Source of the DNA: Minisyncoccota bacterium
GTDB taxonomy: Bacteria > Patescibacteriota > Minisyncoccia > UBA6257 > GWB1-50-10
Direction of reading: 5' to 3'
Assembly: GCA_035573955.1 (NCBI GenBank)
Contig: DATLZO010000003.1
Location: 255-64,254, forward strand
DNA: 64,000 bases
Made by a program: the position numbers and the translations under genes. The notes beneath the pieces were generated by a model. It searched no databases. It was not told the DNA's origin and saw only the letters and a program-made list of their open reading frames with translations. Below are positions 57,187 through 64,000 of this stretch, in pieces (position 1 is the stretch's first letter; each line of letters opens with the position of its first letter).

Positions 57187-58803
57187 TCAGTATTCCATGC
57201 CGCCGCCGGTCGAAGGACTATTTTCCTTCTTAGGGATATCGGTTATCGCCACTCCCACCGTAAGGTAGTTCGCCGCGACCGAAACGGCGTTCAAAAAAGC
57301 GGTTTTGGTAACCTTCAAGGGATCGATGATACCTGCTTCTTTAAGGTTCGTTATTTTGTTCTCCAGGGCATTGAACCCGGTCCAGATGTCCCTTTCAGCA
57401 CGAAGCTTTTTCAGTATTTCGTCGGCCGCAATACCGCTGTTCTCAATTATCGCCCGGAGCGGCGCTTCCCGGGCTTTGTCTATGATAAGCCTGGCCGCCC
57501 CGCGAACCGAGGAATCGTCGCCGGTTTCATCAGGCGAAGCGTGGAAAAGCGCCATCCCGCCGCCCGGAACGATGCCTTCTTCCATCGCCGCCCGCGTCGC
57601 ATGAACAGCGTCTTCAACACGTTGCTTCAGTTCTTTTTGGGCGGATTCGGTAGGCGCCCCGACTTTAATGACTGCAACGCCCCCCGCAAGCTTGCCTAGC
57701 CGTTCCTGAAGCTTTTCTTTGTCGAAATCGGAATCGGATTTCTCGATCTGCGACTTGAGCTGCCGAATGCGCTCATCAATCGCTGATTTCTCGCCGGCAC
57801 CGCCCACTATGGTCGTCGAATCCTTGTCAGAGACAACCCGGCGGGCACGACCGAGAACAGATATGTCAGAAGTCTCGAGCTTCCGGCCAAGATCCTTCGA
57901 AACGAGCGTTGCTCCGGTCACAATAGCAATATCCTCGAGCATTTCCTTTTTCCGGTCACCGAAACCAGGAGCTTTGACCGCGAGAACATTGAACGTACCG
58001 CGAATTTTATTCAATATCAGGGTGGCAAGTGCTTCACCTTCCACATCGTCGGCGATCACAAGAAGCTCTTTTTTGCCGCTTTTCACCACTTTTTCCAAAA
58101 AGGGAAGGAGATCGCTTATCGCCGAAATTTTCTCGTCGGTCACGAGAACGCAAGGTTCCTCGAGAACAGCTTCCATCTTTTCGGCATTAGTCACCATGTA
58201 AGCCGAGACGTAACCGCGATCGAACTGCATGCCTTCCACCATCTCATAGGAGTTGCCTATCGCGTTCGAATCCTCGACCGTCACCACACCGTCTTTACCT
58301 ATCTTTCCCATCACTTCGGCAATGAGCCGGCCGATCTCTTTGTCCTTGGCGGAAAGAGAGGCCACTTCCTCGATCTTTTTCGTGTCGTTGATGAGCTCTC
58401 GCTCGGCCTCGAGCTTTCTGACGACGGCCTGACTAGCATATTTCAGCTCTTCGCCAAGTTGTATAACGTTGAAACCCTTCTCGCGGATGATGCGCTCGCC
58501 TTCATTTATCATCGCGTGGGCCAAAACCACAGCGGTTGTTGTTCCATCGCCCACATTGTCGTTCGTCTTTTCGGCCGCCTGCTTGATAAAATCCGCTCCG
58601 AGGTTTTCGTACTTCTCTTCGAGCTCTATTTCTTTTGCAACCGTCACGCCGTCGAAGGTAACTTGAGGCGCACCGTAGCCCTTTTCAATGACTACCGCCC
58701 GGCCCCTCGGACCCAACGTCATCCTCACCGCCTCTGCGAGCTTGTCAATTCCCTTTTTGAGCGCTGTCCGCGCTTCTTCATTAAAAAGAATCTTTTTTGC
58801 CAT
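57187..58803 (-). CDS. groL: chaperonin GroEL
   Basis: 538 aa, [13 protein letters not shown]-terminus and GGM-type C-terminus. Confidence 0.95.
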   Translation of the reverse strand: MAKKILFNEEARTALKKGIDKLAEAVRMTLGPRGRAVVIEKGYGAPQVTFDGVTVAKEIELEEKYENLGADFIKQAAEKTNDNVGDGTTTAVVLAHAMINEGERIIREKGFNVIQLGEELKYASQAVVRKLEAERELINDTKKIEEVASLSAKDKEIGRLIAEVMGKIGKDGVVTVEDSNAIGNSYEMVEGMQFDRGYVSAYMVTNAEKMEAVLEEPCVLVTDEKISAISDLLPFLEKVVKSGKKELLVIADDVEGEALATLILNKIRGTFNVLAVKAPGFGDRKKEMLEDIAIVTGATLVSKDLGRKLETSDISVLGRARRVVSDKDSTTIVGGAGEKSAIDERIRQLKSQIEKSDSDFDKEKLQERLGKLAGGVAVIKVGAPTESAQKELKQRVEDAVHATRAAMEEGIVPGGGMALFHASPDETGDDSSVRGAARLIIDKAREAPLRAIIENSGIAADEILKKLRAERDIWTGFNALENKITNLKEAGIIDPLKVTKTAFLNAVSVAANYLTVGVAITDIPKKENSPSTGGGMEY

Positions 58804-58815
58804 AGTTTTGAGACG

Positions 58816-59106
58816 TTATTCTATAATTGCGAGTATATCATCCTCATCACCGACCAAATATTTCTTGCCATCCAACTCGAACTCGTCCGGGCCGTATTTC
58901 TTGAAAAGCACAACATCGCCGACTTTGATAGATATAGGTATTCGCTCGCCCTTATCATTCAATTTGCCGGGGCCAACGGCTAAAACCCTACCTTTCACAG
59001 GTTTTTCCTTCTCGGCCGTGTCCGGAATAACGATACCGGAGGCCGAAACTTTCTCCTCCTCGATTGCTTCTATGAAAATTTTGTCTGAAAGAGGTTTTAA
59101 GTTCAT
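58816..59106 (-). CDS. groS: co-chaperonin GroES
   Basis: MNLKPLSDKIFIE...VGDVVLFKKYG. Confidence 0.9.
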   Translation of the reverse strand: MNLKPLSDKIFIEAIEEEKVSASGIVIPDTAEKEKPVKGRVLAVGPGKLNDKGERIPISIKVGDVVLFKKYGPDEFELDGKKYLVGDEDDILAIIE

Positions 59107-59119
59107 AATGGTATTCAAA

Positions 59120-59148
59120 ATTTTATTCAGAAAATCATCCGTGTCAAC
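59120..59148 (-). promoter_or_regulatory. sigma70-like promoter candidate for groESL (TTGACA-17-TAAAAT)
   Basis: Consensus hexamers read on the minus strand. The -10 lies very close to the groES start, so the leader would be very short. Confidence 0.35.
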
Positions 59149-59162
59149 CCCCTAAAAAGACT

Positions 59163-59190
59163 GCGCCCCCGATCTCGTAAGATCGGGGGC
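59163..59190 (-). terminator. intrinsic terminator (11-bp stem CCCCCGATCT / AGATCGGGGG, loop TACG) followed by a T-run on the minus strand
   Basis: The minus-strand transcript reads GCCCCCGATCTTACGAGATCGGGGGCGCAGTCTTTTTAGG. Confidence 0.55.
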
Positions 59191-59194
59191 ATAT

Positions 59195-59750
59195 GTGCTG
59201 ATCGGATAGGCGCCTTTTGGCGCTCATCCGGCGTCTTCTGTGAGGCCGACGGCGGAATTTTGCCCGTCGTCTTCCGGGGGAGCCAGCCATCGGGACCAGC
59301 TTGTGCCCTTTCCAGAAACCGCACCGCGATCGCGGAGGGTGGTCTCACATAATGTGGTCAGGTGTGTATACACGGTTTTGCGTCTTTTCTCCTGTTGGAG
59401 AAGGAACCATGGCGCGCGGGATGTTCCAGGGTAATTCCCGCATTCGTTTGGGCATCTGATTACTCAGCGCCCGCCCTCCTGCGCCCGACGCGCAAGGATA
59501 GCGCCGAAGGAGATACGCGCAAGATCGCATACACACACCTGATCGTCTGTGCCGTTCAATGGCGAGCCGGAGACCAGCTCTTAGAGTACAAGGATCTTCT
59601 ACAAAACCCGTACCCGAAGAGCACTCCGGCGGCGCTTACGCGACTTAGTAAGACATCGCCGCCTTGGTCTCCGGCTCGCCTGAAGGCAAATTCTGAGCTA
59701 ACGTCCAGCGTACTCCTTGAATTGGGAGTTTGTCAATAGCATCCGGGTGG
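59195..59750 (-). ncRNA. candidate structured RNA of unknown class (GC-rich, ORF-poor, hairpin-dense)
   Basis: Nested helices include 59562-59578 with 59657-59673 (15 bp), GGCGGCG/CGCCGCC at 59623-59655, and CCGGAT-AG-GCGCC-TTTT-GGCGC-TC-ATCCGG at 59202-59232. The strand assignment comes from the downstream terminator. No RNase P, tmRNA or SRP signature motifs found by eye. Confidence 0.35.
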
Positions 59751-59768
59751 GGATAAAATTAGCTTATT

Positions 59769-61466
59769 ATGAACCCTTCCTGGCTAGAAAAATACGCGCC
59801 AAACTCCCTTCCCCGCCGGGCCTACACCTTAGCAAAAGAAGCCCACGCCGCCGCAAAAAGGGAGAGCGGCGACCCCTACATTACCCATTCGCTCGCAGTC
59901 GCGGAAACCGTTCATAAGTGGGGTCTGGACGAAGCTTCCGTAGCAGCGGCTCTTCTACATGATGTCGTTGAAGACACGAAGTTTGACATCAATGAGATAG
60001 ATAAGGGTTTCGGTAAAGAGGTTTCGTTCCTTGTCGACGGTCTCACTAAATTGAAGAAAATCCAGTATCCGGGAGGCGACCCAAACGTGGAAACACTGCG
60101 CAAATTCATCGTCTCCTTCAGTCGCGATCTCCGGGTAGTGATTATTAAACTCGCCGACCGTCTGCACAACATGCAAACGCTGAGTTTCCTTCCCGAAGAA
60201 AGGCGGCGAAAAATTGCCTGGGAGACCGCGGAGATTTATGCACCGCTTGCCTACCGGCTCGGCATGCAACGACTCTCCGGAGAACTTGAGGACCTCGCTT
60301 TCCCTCACCTCCGGCCCGAGGAGTACAGCTGGCTCCTCGAGAACGTGAAAGATCGCTATGAAGAGCGCGAGGAATACGCGCAGCGAATAAAGCCCGTCGT
60401 CAAAAAAAATCTTGAGAGGAATGGCGTCAAGGTCCTGGGAATCGATTCCCGCGCCAAGCGCTATTCGAGCCTCTACAAAAAACTTCAGCGCTACGATATG
60501 GACCTCGAAAAAATCTACGATCTGGTCGCCCTGCGGATTATAGTGAAGACAATTGAGGACTGCTATGCGGCGCTTGGCGTCATTCACAAACTCTGGCCGC
60601 CGCTGCCGGGTCGCATCAAAGATTACATCGCCCGCCCCAAACCGAACGGCTACCAAAGTCTGCACACGACAGTTTTCGCCACTGACAACAAGATAACAGA
60701 GTTCCAGATCCGCACCGAGGAGATGCACGAGGTGGACGAACTCGGCATCGCCGCTCACTGGGCCTATCAGCAAATAAAAAGTTCCAAGCGTCACACTGCC
60801 GATTGGCGAGGCGTTGAAACCCGTAAAGAATTAATCTGGGTGGAACAACTCCGCAATTGGCAGAAGAACTTCTCCGACAAGGAATTGTTAGAATCAATAA
60901 CCGTAGATTTCTTCAAGGACCGAATCTTTGTCATTACACCGCAGAACGACGTGATCGACCTTCCTGCTGGAGCAACACCCGTCGACTTTGCCTATCGCAT
61001 CCACACCGAGGTCGGTTCGAGCTGTGTAGGCGCTAAGGTTAACGGCAAAATCGTCCCCTTGAACTATGAACTGAAATCAGGCGACATCGTTGAAATTATG
61101 ACCCAAAAGAAGAAGAAGCCGTCCGAGGACTGGCTCCGCTTTATAAAAACGTCACTTGCGAGAAGTGAGATAAGGGCGGCTCTGAAGGACAAAATGAAGG
61201 CGTTGCGGGAAAAAGCTGTTCCCGCCTCGCTCGAGTTCAGGATTGTGAATCAAGACCGGCCGGGATTCCTAAAAGACGTAACATCAGCTTTTGCCGAAGC
61301 ACAAGTGAACATTAATTTCCTTTCAAGCGAAACGGACAAGCGCGGCGCGCTCTCGGCAGTGAACATCCAAGTCAAACCGCCTACTAAATCAAAAATCGAG
61401 AAGATTCTCGTTAAGATAAAAAAGATTCCCGGCGTAAAGGAAGTGAGCTACAAGTTCAACCGCTAG
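59769..61466 (+). CDS. spoT: RelA/SpoT-family (p)ppGpp synthetase/hydrolase (short form)
   Basis: HD domain (HSLAVA...LLHDVVEDT), synthetase domain, TGS domain and C-terminal ACT domain. 565 aa. Confidence 0.85.
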   Translation: MNPSWLEKYAPNSLPRRAYTLAKEAHAAAKRESGDPYITHSLAVAETVHKWGLDEASVAAALLHDVVEDTKFDINEIDKGFGKEVSFLVDGLTKLKKIQYPGGDPNVETLRKFIVSFSRDLRVVIIKLADRLHNMQTLSFLPEERRRKIAWETAEIYAPLAYRLGMQRLSGELEDLAFPHLRPEEYSWLLENVKDRYEEREEYAQRIKPVVKKNLERNGVKVLGIDSRAKRYSSLYKKLQRYDMDLEKIYDLVALRIIVKTIEDCYAALGVIHKLWPPLPGRIKDYIARPKPNGYQSLHTTVFATDNKITEFQIRTEEMHEVDELGIAAHWAYQQIKSSKRHTADWRGVETRKELIWVEQLRNWQKNFSDKELLESITVDFFKDRIFVITPQNDVIDLPAGATPVDFAYRIHTEVGSSCVGAKVNGKIVPLNYELKSGDIVEIMTQKKKKPSEDWLRFIKTSLARSEIRAALKDKMKALREKAVPASLEFRIVNQDRPGFLKDVTSAFAEAQVNINFLSSETDKRGALSAVNIQVKPPTKSKIEKILVKIKKIPGVKEVSYKFNR

Positions 61467-62446
61467 GTTTCGAGATTCTCGTCGCCCAATAACTTCTCCA
61501 AAATGCTTTTCAATTCCTCCCTGGAATGAAAATGGATCGTCATTTTTCCTTTACCGTCTTTCCGGATAATGGTGACGGGGGCGCCGAAGCGCTCTTCTAG
61601 TCTTTTCTCCCAAAACGCCTTTTCTGGATCGGGCGCTTCACCGCCGGCGGCCCTGGACGCATTCCCAACAGCGCTTCTCGCGAGCGCCGAGAGAGCGTCG
61701 GATGGTGTCATCCTGCCGGAAGCGACCGCATCTTGCAAGTCGGCAGGAAGCGTGAGAAGTCTTATGGCGTTCGTCACCGTCGTCCGGCTCTTGCCAACGC
61801 GGGCGGCTATTTCCTGATGAGTCAGATTGAATTCATCTTGCAGGCGAGCATAGGCCCTGGCCGTCTCGATTGGGTTCAAGTTGCTCCGCTGGATGTTCTC
61901 AACGAGAGCAAGTTCAAGTTTGGCTTTGCCGACACTAACCCTCTTCACTATCGCCGGCACAGTCCGCAAACCGGCTTTCCTCGCGGCTATGAGCCGCCGC
62001 TCGCCGGCAATAAGTTCGTACTCTACGGCAGTGCCTGTATCTGTTTCCCTTTCCGTCTTTGTCACAACGAGCGGCTGAATAATACCGAATTCGCGGATGG
62101 AACGGGCAAGATCTTCTATATCCTCCTCATTGAACTCCCGCCGCGGCTGGTAGGGATTGGGTTTTATTTTTTCTACCTCGATTTGAAATACCGCCTCTTC
62201 TCTTGTTAAGGAACGAGGGGGTGATTGAGAAAGTGCATCGGAAACCGAGCTGTTGTTATCTCCGATTGCCGCAGACGCGTCGGAGAATCGATTTTGAGAG
62301 TCGAGCGGTGTTTTGGACACTCCGGGCGACGCAACCGCGTCTTTTGAGAGTATCCCTTCGTCCCGTCCACCTTTTTTCGGAATCAGCGATTCCAATCCTT
62401 TGCCGGTCATTGCTCTAATAGTATTACCAATCCCCCAAAAAGCCAA
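61463..62446 (-). CDS. parB: chromosome partitioning protein ParB/Spo0J
   Basis: ParB box GERRLIAARKAGL and a helix-turn-helix. Has an N-terminal Ser/Asp-rich extension. Confidence 0.85.
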   Translation of the reverse strand: MAFWGIGNTIRAMTGKGLESLIPKKGGRDEGILSKDAVASPGVSKTPLDSQNRFSDASAAIGDNNSSVSDALSQSPPRSLTREEAVFQIEVEKIKPNPYQPRREFNEEDIEDLARSIREFGIIQPLVVTKTERETDTGTAVEYELIAGERRLIAARKAGLRTVPAIVKRVSVGKAKLELALVENIQRSNLNPIETARAYARLQDEFNLTHQEIAARVGKSRTTVTNAIRLLTLPADLQDAVASGRMTPSDALSALARSAVGNASRAAGGEAPDPEKAFWEKRLEERFGAPVTIIRKDGKGKMTIHFHSREELKSILEKLLGDENLET

Positions 62447-62749
62447 AACAGAGGAGCCACGCCCCGCCTTTTAGAAAACGCCTTTTCCTTCATTGAAGGA
62501 ATTCCGAGAGAAATAATCTTTTGAATGGTTCAAAGAACTCCTCGGAATCTGAAGTACTTCGTCGTCATCTTTTCGGCAAAACGCACTTTCCTCTGCTTTA
62601 GCAACATGCACATGCACGAGTCCGAAACCGTCCCAAACGCCTTTCCGAACGCCGACTTGGCGTCGTACGCACACCTCGCTGACGCCGGAAAAACGCCTTG
62701 AAAAGCCCGGACTAGATAAGAATGTTAGAAGAAAAGGTGGCGCTGTCAA

Positions 62750-63526
62750 TCAAGATGTTTGTGGATAAGCCTGAGCACCTATCACTTCCCTCGCCAGCGC
62801 TTCATAAGCCCGGGCGCCGGAGGACTGGGGCGCGTAAAGCATGATCGGCTTCTTGAACTGAGGTGCCTCGGCAAGCCCAACCGAACGCGGGATCTCGATC
62901 TCGTAGACGTTGTGCGGAAAGCGCCGTCGGACTTCGCGAGCGATCTCGCGGGAAAGTTTTTCCCGCCGGTCGTACATGGTAAGAAGCGCGCCGGCTACCT
63001 TTATCGGGTGGCCCAGGTTCTCGCGGACAAGATCAATAGTTTGTAAAAGCTGGTTTAACCCTTCTAGACTGTAGTACTCGCACTGAATCGGCACAATGAC
63101 CTCGTCGGAGGCCATAAGGCCGTTTATGGTGAGTAGGTTCAGGCTCGGCCCTAAATCTATCAGCACGAAATCGTAGCGGTCGCGGACGCGATTGACAAAG
63201 TTCCGCAGATAGAGTTCGCGGTCAGGAAGATTAACAAGTTCGACGAGCGCGCCGGCAAGATCTGCAGAGGCCGGCGCTATTTCGAAGTTTGAAAGGTATG
63301 TTTGCTTTATAGTCCGTTCCGGCGCTTGACCAGCAAGAAGACAGTGATAAATGGTCTCATCCGGAGCATGCATAGCTCCCACTCCCACCGTCGCGTTGAA
63401 CTGCGGATCAAAATCCACCAAAAGCGTGCGTTTCCCGGCCATCGCGAGGTAAGCCGAAAGATTCATCGCGGTGGTGGTTTTGCCCACTCCTCCTTTTTGG
63501 TTGCAGATCGCAATTACGCGCGCCAT
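62750..63526 (-). CDS. parA: chromosome partitioning ATPase ParA/Soj
   Basis: Deviant Walker A motif KGGVGKTT. Confidence 0.9.
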   Translation of the reverse strand: MARVIAICNQKGGVGKTTTAMNLSAYLAMAGKRTLLVDFDPQFNATVGVGAMHAPDETIYHCLLAGQAPERTIKQTYLSNFEIAPASADLAGALVELVNLPDRELYLRNFVNRVRDRYDFVLIDLGPSLNLLTINGLMASDEVIVPIQCEYYSLEGLNQLLQTIDLVRENLGHPIKVAGALLTMYDRREKLSREIAREVRRRFPHNVYEIEIPRSVGLAEAPQFKKPIMLYAPQSSGARAYEALAREVIGAQAYPQTS

Positions 63527-63648
63527 TTTTCTTTACTCTAAACGATTTTTGTGGCAGTATCAATAAACAAACTTAGGCCCGTTCCACACCAATTGAGGGT
63601 GGGTAGTAAAGCGACGGAAGACCAAAATTAATCGTCAATTGGTGTTGG

Positions 63649-63735
63649 GCCCGGGTGGCGGAACTGGCAGACGCGCAGGACTCAAAATCCTGTGTTCGCA
63701 AGAACATGTGGGTTCGACTCCCACCCCGGGCACCA
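63649..63735 (+). tRNA. tRNA-Leu (anticodon CAA)
   Basis: Hand-folded. Acceptor GCCCGGG/CCCGGGC, anticodon loop CTCAAAA, long variable arm, T-arm GTGGG-TTCGACT-CCCAC, discriminator A, encoded CCA. Confidence 0.75.
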
Positions 63736-64000
63736 AGACAAAACTTTTCGGCTTTTTGAGAGCCAGATCGTGGGCGGCGCAAAGCGCCGCCCATTGATTT
63801 TGCCACGATAAATCCTTGCCGCTCGGCGCGGCGAGCCGCGCCTCGCGATTGGCCAAAACGAGGTTCGAGCCGAACAAAGTTCGGCAAGCAACCTTTTTGG
63901 CAAAAAGGTTGCCCTCTTGTGCGATTTTAGGCAGAGATTCTGCTTCTTTTATCCATTCTGCCATCGGTTCGAGCCAGCCAGTCCGCTTTTGTTCAAGATT

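Noticed and set aside
57719-58201. 160-aa plus-strand ORF and other frames inside groEL
   Set aside because: It is antisense to groEL.
59107-59160. CIRCE (HrcA operator TTAGCACTC-N9-GAGTGCTAA) upstream of groESL
   Set aside because: I looked for it specifically. Only a sigma70-like promoter is present. The TTAGCAC at 89-95 is a single half-site far from groESL.
59127-59739. Small ORFs (73, 64, 63 and 125 aa) in the groES-relA spacer
   Set aside because: They are Cys/Trp/Arg-rich, have no SD and overlap one another. The region is better explained as structured RNA or a decayed insert.
62471-62749. 92-aa ORF filling the parA-parB spacer
   Set aside because: It starts with a TTG immediately after the parA stop and has no SD. 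Its composition is unconvincing, so I kept it only as a question in the findings.
63573-63964. Minus-strand ORFs of 104 and 109 aa at the window end
   Set aside because: Both read through tRNA-Leu in antisense. The window is truncated at 64000, so I did not call a gene.
1-64000. CRISPR arrays, rRNA genes and transposase/integrase genes
   Set aside because: I scanned for regularly spaced direct repeats and for recognisable IS or recombinase motifs and found none. The direct repeats I did find (6535/7117, 28118-28500, 19714-19762) are not CRISPR-like: they lack spacer periodicity and multiple units.

Overview
This 64 kb window is dominated by core bacterial information-processing genes, almost all on the minus strand. 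The overall pattern suggests a small-genome Patescibacteria/CPR-like organism.

Main native content:
- A near-complete str/S10/spc ribosomal super-operon: rpsL-rpsG-fusA-tuf-rpsJ-rplCDWB-rpsS-rplV-rpsC-rplP-rpmC-rpsQ-rplNXE-rpsZ-rpsH-rplFR-rpsE-rplO-secY-adk-map, with no L30 gene.
- A separate alpha operon: infA-rpmJ-rpsMKD-rpoA-rplQ, followed by rplM-rpsI. The rpoA gene lacks a C-terminal domain.
- Other recognisable genes: rmuC, dprA, topA, metG, ndk, aspS, a two-piece comEC, efp, rseP, frr, holB, mreB, murA, alaS (short form), rpoD, dnaG, groESL, relA/spoT, parAB.
- Three tRNAs that I folded by hand: Pro-GGG, Ser-GGA, Leu-CAA.

Things not explained by the conserved backbone:
1. Three monocistronic minus-strand ORFs (557-1147, 6648-7007, 24275-24916) with much higher GC and GC3 than their neighbours. 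Each has its own terminator hairpin. One is flanked by ~20-bp direct repeats, and one sits next to a ~320-bp strand-skewed A+C-only tract.
2. A ~600-bp GC-rich, ORF-poor, hairpin-dense region (59150-59760) between groES and relA that ends in a minus-strand intrinsic terminator. It looks like an unclassified structured RNA.
3. A 20-24-bp palindrome with core CTATAATTAATTATAG present three times. Two copies bracket a TrpR-like regulator gene.
4. A tandemly duplicated ~200-bp noncoding element between metG and ndk with block-wise sequence conservation.
5. A TraD/VirD4/DUF87-like P-loop ATPase with a C-terminal zinc ribbon, next to the split comEC.

No CRISPR array, rRNA gene or recognisable transposase was found. 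All product calls are from by-eye motif recognition only.
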